Source of the DNA: Octopus vulgaris
Lineage: Eukaryota
DNA: 64,000 bases
Assembly (NCBI GenBank): GCA_951406725.2
Contig: OX597822.1
Span: 18,538,001 to 18,602,000 of the forward strand
Reading direction: 5' to 3'
Part shown: positions 40,290-51,604 of the stretch, piece by piece
Layout of the letters: the number at the start of each line of letters is the position of its first letter
How positions within the stretch are numbered: the stretch's first letter is position 1
Program-made: the position numbers and the translations under genes
The notes under the pieces: generated by a model
Told to the model about the DNA's origin: nothing
The model's database searches: none
The model's input: the letters and a program-made list of their open reading frames with translations, nothing else

Positions 40290-41584
40290 TGAAGTGGTAC
40301 CAAAAAGTTCCAGGACTAGTTCTGTTTAATTAAAAAAAAATTCTTTCCCTAAGTTTTAACATCATCACTTTCGAAATGGTCACCTTGCACAGCAATACAC
40401 TGGTCCAAGCATTCCTGCCACTTTTGGAATCCAGCCTGGAAGTCACTTTCCATAAGCAAGTCGAGGACCTTCTGTGATTTGCTCTGGATTTTGGCAATGG
40501 TGTTAAAATGGTGATCTTTGAACTGCATTTCCATCTTGGAGAAGAGATGGAAGTCTGCCGGTGCTAAATCTGGTGAACGGGGGGGTGGGTGTGGAAGTGA
40601 TACCATATTGTTTTTGGTAAGGAACTCATTAATGCAGAGAGCTTAGTGACAGGGTGCATTGTCATTGTGAAGAATCCAATTCTTTGCACTCCACCGATCC
40701 AATCACTTTCGCTGAATGTCCTCCCCCAAATGCTTCAAACCATCAAAGCAGAACTCTCGATTGACGGTCTGGCCCGGGGGCGGGGGGACGGATTCTTGAT
40801 GCACAATTTCCAGGGATGATGCTCATGGCAGGTCTCCCAGATCGCTCAACATCTTTCAGGTATATTATTTACATTTGACGGATGTTTGTCTTCATCTTGT
40901 TTGTTGCTAACACAACAGTCAGGTGTCTTGGGGAAATATCGAACTTGGGTTCTCATATGGGTTCACATATGGTGTAATGGTTAAGAGCGCGGGCTACTAA
41001 CCCCAAGATTCCAAGTTCAATTCTAGGCAGTGACCTGAATAATGATAATAATAACATTGAAAAATGCCTTAGGAATAAGAACACAAGTTCGAAATTTCCC
41101 CCAAGACACCTGATGAAAGCTGGAGGGTATATCAGCCAAAATGTTGTGTTAACAACAAGCAAGATGAGGACAAATATCCATCAAATGTAAATAATGTAAA
41201 TAATGTGCATAATTCCTCATCTCTTAAAAATAGAACTGTATCTTTCAGGTGTGTTCTTCCACTTTTGAAGCTCCAGCATACATTCCATACAACCCATTGC
41301 CTCATCACTGTAAGCTTGCCAAAGCATGCTCAATGTCTGTGGCAGACTTCCCAAGATTAACGCAAAATTTCAAGTTGGCTTTTTGTCCATGACAAAATCA
41401 CAGACCACAGCATACACGTGATCAAAGCAACACAAATTTCACAACACGTGAAGTAGACACAGTGATGTCACTCAGGTCAATGCCGCATGGAGGTCACTAC
41501 TAGCTCTCACTGTGTATGCAACCATGTGCTGCCATCTGTTGGCATGCTACAGAACAAGTTTGGGAACTTTTTGATACTACCTCG
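40290..41584 (-). mobile_element. Mariner (DD34D-type) element with both TIRs, internally deleted, carrying a nested insertion
   Basis: TIRs tgaagtggtaccaaaaagttcc and ggaactttttgatactacctcg flanked by TA; ORF 40349-40606 HPPPRSPDLAPADFHLF...WQECLDQCIAVQGDHFE. Confidence 0.9.
40862..41239 (+). mobile_element. tRNA-headed SINE-like element with decayed hammerhead and 5' inverted duplication
   Basis: 11-bp TSD atctttcaggt (40851-40861 and 41240-41250); tRNA-like head at 40960-41035; HHR-like motif at 41106-41149. Confidence 0.75.
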
Positions 41585-43341
41585 TACATGAGTATGTCTT
41601 GACCTGGATGAGAATCTTTTGCAGAGGTCGGACAGTGATCCAGATGTAAGACCTTCTTACATCTGCACACCAGATGTAAGGCCTTCTCACCTCCATGCTT
41701 CTGGTTGTTGTCCAAAGGTAGGGGCTAATATAGAATAACCCCAATGTCATCATAAATATTGTGAGAATACAAAATGCGAGAAAACATATCACAAGTTATC
41801 CATTTTGTTTGTAAGACTTTCACAAATCTATCATCCTGGATTGGTATTTTTTTTTATTATCTCCAAAATGAAGAATGTTGATTTGGTAAGATCTAATCTC
41901 GAAGCACAAAGAACTGGAACAAATACCACAGGCCATTGTTTCCAATACTCTTATAACTCTGCCAAATTTGATGCTTCAGATATGTTTTTGAATATTATAT
42001 TTAATGATGCTTTTCTTTGTTCAAGAATTGGCTACGTAGATGCTCCCTTGTGTTCCACATAGCAACAATGGTTCTACTCATGCCGTTTGTTATAACTTCT
42101 CCTGTTTTATTCGTGTTATTGTTACATGTGTGGAAATATTAGTGTGTTTGTGTCAATCATTGATTTTGTTCTGGTTTAGATACAGATCCCATCTTCAGTG
42201 ATCAGATATCTGACCATCCCATCTTATTTCAAGGTGTTGTATATCTAGGACCACATTACCCAAAGTGTTCTTCACCTATTTTTAAGAGAGGAGTGTGTGA
42301 TAAGAAAATGAAAGAACTTGTTGGATAATGTCTGAGACATTGCTTAGAAATGATTCAGAATGGTCATGATTGGAATATCTTAATTTGCTTAATCCAGGTC
42401 TGACCTGGAGTTAAAAATCTCCATTCATTACAATAACAATAACAACATCAACATGTTTGGTTCTTGAAAACAGTTTCATACTAATAAGACTGATTCATAT
42501 CCCAAAGTTTGGATCTGAATTAGCACCAGTCACTTGCCAGTCTTGCTTTAATTCAAATTCCACCCCTCTTACTATCTCTTTTCTCTCTCTTCCTCGCCCA
42601 CTCCCCTTTCTCTCTCATTTTCTTTTGCTGAAATTTGGCATTAACCCATTTCCATTAATTCCATTAATTCATTCTCAACAGTTTTCTCCTCAGTATCAAT
42701 CAGGCATTATAAAGTAGTTATTTTACTTAGACTCATATTTGATTGGCTTGGATTGATGAGTGTTGATTGATTTGGTTAGGCTTTGTTTGTTTAGGCTTCG
42801 TGTGACTTGGCAGTGCTAGACAAGGCTTGCATCGGCTTGGCTGAGTAGGCTAAGCTTGGCTTGCTTTGGCTTAGTTCAGTCTGGTTTAGTTTGGCCTGCT
42901 TGGCCTTCCATTTCTCTAGAACGGATAAAATATGTACCAACATCACCTCCAGACATTACTGAACTACATTTAGCTCATTACACTTCATGCTTATGCAAAG
43001 AAAAATTATTTTGTTCCTAGTCCGAGGGATTGAGCCATTATTTAATGGGAAGACTATAGTTAATAGATAGGAAAATATATTTCTTTCTTTTGAAATAGAA
43101 TTGATAAGTAATAAAATGTTTGCATCTTCTAATAGAGAGTGGTGTTTTCTTGAAAATATTTATTGCAAGAAAAAATTAAAGCAGTGAAGGCATTTCAGCT
43201 GAGAAGCTGTCTGTTGAGTCATTTTGATTTTGCAGTCAAAATGTTATTAAATAGATAGAAGAATACTGGTATCACACACACGCGCATTGTGTGTGTGTGT
43301 GTGTGTGTGATAATATACACATTAGTATGTGTGTGTGCATG

Positions 43342-43399
<58 letters not shown>

Positions 43400-43506
43400 T
43401 GTATGCATGTATGTATAGAGCATGTCTGTATGTATACAATGTGTGTGCATACACACACATACATTCACATGTGTCTGTATATAAATATATATATATATAA
43501 TATATC

Positions 43507-43564
<58 letters not shown>

Positions 43565-45006
43565 TACATATATATATGTATGTATGTATGCATATATATG
43601 TATATATATATATAGTTATGTATGTGTGTGTGTATAATACTTATGCACTTTCACACACCTACACATATAAATAAATATATATATATCCTTGTGTGTTATA
43701 GTTATATATTGAAAAGTTGTTAATATTCCAGTAGTTTCTCTGCGTAAGTTATTGGGCCTCAGCTGCCTCCATAACTTATTTGTAGCATCTCATACTATTT
43801 CAGTGCAACTTAACTATTTATATTTTTGCATGTTTTCAGTCAGTTGTTTTGTTACTAATTTCATAAAAACCTGTTTGATGCTTCATGTGAGACAGTTCAT
43901 TGTGAGGGTGGTGTTCTTTTTATCAACGAGACACTAAAAAAGGGGTTGGTGCTGGGTTTTTTTTTTTTTTTTTGAAGGATTAAATTGTATTCTATCTAAC
44001 TGCACTTTGAAGTTCTGACAACAAGATTAATTAAGTTGCAATCAAAGCACCTGACATTAATCCCTTGATAAATCATAGCTAATATGCTTTTATGCAAAAC
44101 TGTCCAACTATAAATTCAATTTAATTTGCACAATTATTTATAATTCTATGCTTTGAACAAGAAATTAGTTCTCAGAGATTTCTTCTGCTTTTTCTATTTT
44201 TATTTATCATTTTTTTTTTTTTTATCACTGAATAAAACTGAAATAACATAATCATAAAACAGAATTGAGAAGGAGCAATAAAACTATCGCATAACTTTAT
44301 TAGCTGAGATAATAGTGACAAAATTGGCTGAAGCTTCAAGACATCTTTTAAATAGAAACTCTTACTTTGTAGGTAACGGAGAAGGTCACAACAGGAGAAT
44401 ACTAAACTATATGCATTGCACTATTTACATTTTCCACATTTTTTTTTTTGTGTATTTATATATTTAGTTTTTTCTTTTCTCCTTCACTCACTTCTCAAGA
44501 TTCATATTCTATCAAATCTGACTCTGCCCTTCGTGGACTCACTGATCAATAAATTCAGAACTAGTAATACTATAACTGGATTCTGTTCAATCAATTATTT
44601 TCTGCCACACCGAAAACAAGGAGAAGAGAAACTAAAAAGACTGACATTGTTTTTCATTTTGGCAAAGTAAATGTAGTAACACATAAATTGAAGAATACAG
44701 GTGGAGATATGTGTGAAGGTATGTGTGGCTATGAAAATTGCTTCATAACTTTGTAATTCTGAGTTTGATTCCACTCTGAGTCATTTTCAGCAATTAACTT
44801 TCTCCATAGTGTTTGTCTGATTAAGTGTGTATAATTATGAATAAATCGCAATATAATGGTTAGGGTTGCAAAAAACCCCTGCATGTCTAGAAACAGCAGT
44901 CAAAACCACCATAAACCCACTATAAGCACTCATATTCTATCTCTTCGCAATAAAGCTGTCAGCAGCCTACATGACATAAAATTCAAAACTTAAACATAAA
45001 AGGTTA

Positions 45007-45067
45007 ATTCTCTATTGCAATTTCAAAGTTAGGAACCTAAAGGTTCCACTCTTCTCTTCAGGAGAAT
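45007..45067 (-). ncRNA. Type I hammerhead ribozyme
   Basis: Minus strand: ATTCTC-CTGAAGA-gaag agt ggaacc ttta ggttcc taa cttt-GAAA-TTGCAA-TA-GAGAAT. Stem I is 6 bp and perfect, stem III is palindromic, the cleavage triplet is AUA. Confidence 0.75.
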
Positions 45068-46439
45068 ATTCCTGTGCCTTTTTGTATCTACAGGAATACT
45101 CACTTGAGGAGAAGAATGGAACCTTTAGGTTCCTAACTTCAAAAGGCAATGCTCCAGCATGGCTGCAGTCAAATGACTGAAACAAATAAAAGAATATATA
45201 TATATCATATCATGTAAGAAGTTAGTAAGCAACTTTCAGGAATAATAGTTTGTTGGTGTAGAAGGTTGTAGGTTTTTTTCCATATCAAAGTTCAATAAAC
45301 TGAAAAAAGTGTTTTTTATAGTTCGTGGTTGGCAACCAGGCTTGCTTTGAATGCAAATAAAAGTCCAAACTGGGGGAAGGGAGCAAGTAAGATCCAGGAT
45401 ACATACACAGCCTGGGTCTTACCTTCTCCCCAATGGGGTACCCCTCATTGAGTGATTATTATTTCTGAGGTTCTGCTAGCTAGGAAGCTTGTGTAGCCTG
45501 AGCCTGGAACTCACATGCTCCACAATTTGGATTTCTGTATTATATCCAAGCCAATAACATGTAAAAGGTCCCCATGCTGGTGACACATAAAAGGCATCAG
45601 ATACACTGTGGAGTAGTTGGTGTTAAGAAGGGCATCCAGCCATAGAAATCAAGCCAAAACACAAGTGGAATCTGGTGCAATTCCCCAGCTTACTATTTCC
45701 AATCAAAATGTCTGTCATATCCTAGCATGGAAAACGGATGCTAAATGATAGTGATGATATTGTATATATATGTATATTTTATTTATTTCTATAACAATTC
45801 AACATATACTAGTGGCTAGTGACTTCAGGCTTAGGGTCAGAAGGATTCAGAGATGCAAGCTGATATGGAAAAGGTGGTTGTGGAAGTTCAAGGCTCCTTC
45901 AAATGGGCAGAGATTTAGTAATGTTCTTAATAAAGCCTTTGGTGAAAAGGAAGAAGAAATGGAGGACAACTGTGAGTTTCTATGTGACAATCTACTGAGA
46001 GTGACAGACTAAAACTGTGGCTGGAGCAAAGCCTCTGCCAGACAAAGGGTCACATGGGAACTACTCAAAGTGGCTGCAACTCATGGAAGAAGAAGACCCA
46101 GGAAGACATAGGACAAAGAACTGAAGGACGACCTCAGAATGCTGAACTTTTCAGATGAGATGACAACCAAGATACTTGGCACCTTGCTGTACTCAAGAAG
46201 GCTGTTCTCTTCAACAGAATTGTTAAGGCCATGTCTCCTGGTGAAGAAAGCTGGCCTGCAAGAGTTTTGTGCTGGTAACATACTGGCACCACATTAAAAG
46301 CACCTGGTGTACATTGTAAAGTGTTTGGCATTAGAAAGGACATCCAGCCATAGTAACCAAGCCAAATCAGACTGGAACCATATGCAGCTCTCTGGCTTGC
46401 AAGTTCTAGTGAAACCATCGGACCCATGACAGTGTGAAA

Positions 46440-46965
46440 AATGGACATTAAAGAAAGATGGTTTCACCCCTCTCAAGCTGTTTGTTCTTGGAAGCCACTG
46501 AAATTAAATGCTTGGGTGTTTCTTGTATGCAGTTAGCTTTAAATCCTGTGCATTGATAATTTCGAAATATCTAGAGATTTGCAGTTTTTCTTGCACTCCT
46601 GTGGAGATTTCGGTTCATTCGCTTCTTCACAGCTTCAACAGTTTGTTTGGTATGAATTGATCATTTCCTACCAGGAATTAGCTTGCTACAGAACTCCATA
46701 CATTGTTTCCAGGTATTGAACACAGTTTTATGGCACTCATTCACCTCTTATGTCCTTGTTGCTCACTCCATCTGTTTTCAAAGTGACAATCCAGTCACAT
46801 TTTGCTTTCGACACCAATGTTCGTTTACAAACCTGTTACAGACAAATGAAACAATAGACTCGTGAACAAAAGACATATTCAAATCATCTTTATATAAAAT
46901 GTTGGTAACATTACCTTTTGGGAAAGTTTTAAGCATGGGTAAATCTTTCTGGAACACCTTGTATG
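46440..46965 (-). mobile_element. Probable Tc1/mariner terminal relic
   Basis: Terminus tctggaacaccttgta (TA-caaggtgttcc on the minus strand) resembles Tc1/mariner TIRs; a similar end lies at about 59925. Confidence 0.4.
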
Positions 46966-48479
46966 TATGTAGTTTGGCTTCTAGTCATATATAATACTAG
47001 TGAAACATTAGTTGAAATATTATTCAATGCAATTAAGTAGAATACTCCATTTATTTTTACAAGGGAAAAGTTGACAGTGATAACGAAGCCTTCGACTGGT
47101 GAATCTTCAAAATCTCAAGATATTCTTGTGTGTGTGTTTGTATGTTTGGTATGTGTGTGTGTGTTTGTATGTTTGGCATGTGTGTTTGTATGTTTGGTAT
47201 GTGTGTGTGTGTGTGAAACAAAAGTTGCATTTGGTTATGTACCTTTTTGCTTCTCCAGAAGGAAACTAAGCCTGTTGGTCAGTAGTGACCCCTAAACTAA
47301 ATTTTAGACAGTGCCCTATAAATGCTTGAGAACCACTAATTCAAGATATCTTTAGTAGATTAATTCTTAATACTTTGAAATTACCCCACCCCTGACCCCT
47401 TTTCTTTGAGTGACATTAACAATTACTGTTTGGTCTTTCTTTTCTTTCTCAAATGAAGATAAAATTTTAATTAATCAAGATATGATTTTTTTTCTTTTAT
47501 ATTCTGAACACAACCTCTTTATTTATTTATCTAAATTTATGTCACTGGCACCCCCCACCCCAATTGTGTTACTTTCATTAACTGACTTCTTTAAGTATTT
47601 CATGTGTGCTGATTAATAAAGTGTTTCAGTTAATTAATTAATTAAATACCCATGTGCAGCAAAATGCTGAGTAAGATGAAAGAAAAAAAAGAAATTCAGG
47701 TGAACTACTAAACTAATTCCAAGGGAAAATGGAGCTGTTGAATCAAGAATGGTCATAGTTCTACTTCAACATACATTTCTTATTTTATTATCACAATTTG
47801 GTGAGTTCTTTCAAATACATTAAATTATGTGGACAGTTCAACTAATGAAAATATCTTTTTTTTTTCTTTTTGCATTTCTTTTTTGCATTGAATGAATAAT
47901 TTAAGAGATTATTATTTTCATTTCTAATTATAAAGATCTTGTGTAGATCAAAGATGCTAAAAATCTACAGTCCATCGAAGTTTTCTCTTTTTTTTTTCTT
48001 TCTTTCTTCTGAATCTAACATTTTAATCTCACATCATTTTATAAAATTGTTATTGGACAATTGTAGTTATTCTGTCAATTACAATTCTGTACTGTACTTA
48101 CTTATGGCTCGTTAACTCTCCATTTTATCTCATTAAATCATATCAAATTGAATAAAATGAGAATCTAATGATTTTTGTCGCAATATTTCTCTTTTAATTT
48201 TGCAAATTTAAAAAAAAAAAATTTCATGTTAAATCATATCTTTAAATTAATTTCATTGAGAGATAATTACTTATAACAACCAGAAATTGAGGAATTCATC
48301 AGTTCTCACTTGATGTTCCAACATTTTCATGTTTGCTTTAAATTTTATATTTAGTTGGAGAATGGCTGTAACAATATTAAGAGAACATAGGAATGAAAAA
48401 CTAATATTATATCTAAATATGACTGTGTGTGTGTGTGTTCACACAAAAACACATATACATATATTTATAATATATATAT

Positions 48480-48624
<145 letters not shown>

Positions 48625-48772
48625 TAAGAGAGTGGTCACTATATTGATCACTCTAGCACCAGTTAATCCAAAAGGTTTCAACCACGAAAAATACATGTTT
48701 CCCATGAAAGCCAGTACGACTGTTAGCTCACACGGACAGGGCAAATAAAAAATAACAAAAATACAGATTATT

Positions 48773-48848
48773 TTGGGACAATTGTTTCGCTATTAATGAA
48801 TTAAATGTAATATTACTTACAATAATCCATTTGTAGCTCTTCAGCCAA
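48773..48848 (-). ncRNA. Type I hammerhead ribozyme, copy 1
   Basis: Reverse complement of 49619-49694. Confidence 0.85.
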
Positions 48849-49306
48849 GACTATCTGGATGAAATCCACTCAATCACACGCCAGATTTTACCATAACGAT
48901 AAATACGCGTGCGGTTCAATTGATTACATCGGACGTTATAATTCAAATGCCCCAACCAACAGCGCGCCAAACTCTCACGGAAAACAAATACAGCATTTAG
49001 AAATAAATGCAGCATAATTATAATTAATTAATAAGGGTGAGAGAATTAGATACTAATTTAATAGTATATTTATTCCACACCAAGTGGCCTAGTGCTACGA
49101 GAAACCTGGATTATTATAATATTTTATAACATATTATAATATTTTCACAAAATAAATATAAGAGAGTGGTCACTATATTGATCACTCTAGCACCAGTTAA
49201 TCCAAAAGGTTTCAACCACGAAAAATACATGTTTCCCATGAAAGCCAGTACGACTGTTAGCTCACACGGACAGGGCAAATAAAAAATAACAAAAATACAG
49301 ATTATT

Positions 49307-49382
49307 TTGGGACAATTGTTTCGCTATTAATGAATTAAATGTAATATTACTTACAATAATCCATTTGTAGCTCTTCAGCCAA
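49307..49382 (-). ncRNA. Type I hammerhead ribozyme, copy 2
   Basis: Identical motif 534 bp from copy 1. Confidence 0.85.
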
Positions 49383-49618
49383 GACTATCTGGATGAAATC
49401 CACTCAATCACACGCCAGATTTTACCATAACGATAAATACGCGTGCGGTTCAATTGATTACATCGGACGTTATAATTCAAATGCCCCAACCAACAGCGCG
49501 CCAAACTCTCACGGAAAACAAATACAGCATTTAGAAATAAATGCAGCATAATTATAATTAATTAATAAGGGTGAGAGAATTAGATACTAATTTAATAGCG
49601 GATTTCATCCAGATAGTC

Positions 49619-49694
49619 TTGGCTGAAGAGCTACAAATGGATTATTGTAAGTAATATTACATTTAATTCATTAATAGCGAAACAATTGTCCCAA
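49619..49694 (+). ncRNA. Type I hammerhead ribozyme, copy 3
   Basis: TTGG-CTGAAGA-GCTA...TAGC-GAAAC-AATT-GTC-CCAA: complete catalytic core, GUC triplet and stems I, II and III. Confidence 0.85.
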
Positions 49695-51604
49695 AATAAT
49701 CTGTATTTTTGTTATTTTTTATTTGCCCTGTCCGTGTGAGCTAACAGTCGTACTGGCTTTCATGGGAAACATGTATTTTTCGTGGTTGAAACCTTTTGGA
49801 TTAACTGGTGCTAGAGTGATCAATATAGTGACCACTCTCTTATATTTATTTTGTGAAAATATTATAATATGTTATAAAATATTATAATAATCCAGGTTTC
49901 TCGTAGCACTAGGCCACTTGGTGTGGAATAAATATACTATTAAATTAGTATCTAATTCTCTCACCCTTATTAATTAATTATATATATATATATATATATA
50001 TAAATATAACAAAACTTACTGGGAGGAGATGAAACGAAACGAATTGAACCGACGCGAGGGTGCTCAGTCATACAATAGTGTAATAAATAAAACATACATA
50101 CATACATATATGTACGTACCTACATCTACATGTATATATACATGCATATATAAATATATATACGTGAGTACAGGACACCACAAATAGACGTAGAACTCAA
50201 TGAGAAACGAAAACGTAAAAACAAACGTGGAAACGGACCTAAACAAAAAAAACAGAGTACAAGACAAACTACACAAGGAAAAATCCCCTTCATCAGCTGT
50301 CCCTAGTTCAACTCCAGCGTGTTTCGAAGGTGAGGACAGAACACGACTAGTGGAACTAGTCCTTCCTGCGAAGGAATTAAATAAAATTACTTCGCAGAGG
50401 AGTAAAAACAAGGAAAGTTAAACATGTGACAAAACCAGGACGTAAAAACGATACAAATAAAATTACAAAATAAAATACAGAATAAAAATACAAAAAATAA
50501 AAATACAGAATAAAATTACAAGTACGAAAAATACAGTACAAGAATAAAACAAACAAAAAAAACAGACAATGAGGGCCTTAATGCTGGCCTACATGAGGAA
50601 AGATTCTAAGAGCGCTAGATATATATATATATGTAGGTGCAGGCGTGGCTGTGTGGCAAGAAGCTTGCTTCCCAACCATACGGTTCTGGGTTCAGCCTCA
50701 CTGCCTGACATCTTGGACAAGTGTCATTTAAAGTGTTAAGCCAACTGAAGTCCTGTGAGTGGATTTGGTAGAAGAAACTGAAAAATGCCCATTGTATATA
50801 CATATATATATATATATATACGGGGTGTCCCAAAAGTCACTGATGGGTTTCAATTTTTAAAAACTTTCTTAACTTTAAAAAAAAATGCATGCAATTTTGG
50901 TACAATATAAAGGACATAATGGAAATTAATATGCACAAGTCAAATTTTGCAACACCACTACATAATATATATGCACCATAACACCATCAAGAGTTTCAGA
51001 CCCCACTTCTCTAATCTCTCTATTGATGTTCTCCTTCAGTTGCACCAGGGTCTCTGGATTGTTAATGTAAGCCGTCTCTTTCAGGTATTCCCACAAGAAA
51101 AAATCTGGGCTAGTCAAGTCTGGGGAACATGAAGGCCAGTTGACATTGCTGTAGTGGGAAATTATTCTCTCTCCAAGACACTGCCATAGCAACTGCATTG
51201 TTTCTCTTGCAGTATGAGCAGTTGCCTCATCTTACTGGAACCATGTGTGAGGTCTACTTTGAATGGCCTTCACATTCCCCAGATTTGACTAGCCCTTATT
51301 TTTTCTTGTGGGAATACCTGAAAGAGTATTACATTAACAAACCAGAGACCCTGGTGCAACTGAAGGAGAACATCAATAGAGAAATCAGAGAAGTGGGGTC
51401 TGAAACTTTTGATGGTGTTATGGTGCAAGTTTTGGAAGGAGCATGGGCGTGTGAAGCCAAAAATGGTTGCCATTTAAGTGATGTCATTTTTTATATATTA
51501 TGTAGTGGTGTTGCAAAATTTGACTTGTGCATATTAATTTCCATTATGTCCTTTATATTGTACCAAAATTGCATGCATTTATTTGCAAAGTTAACAAAGT
51601 TATT

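Noticed and set aside
40960-41035. Functional tRNA gene
   Set aside because: Stems are mismatched, there is no terminator, and it is embedded in a TSD-bounded insert, so it is a SINE head
44360-44380. ctttgtAG/GTAAC as a recursive splice site
   Set aside because: Single weak motif with no supporting evidence
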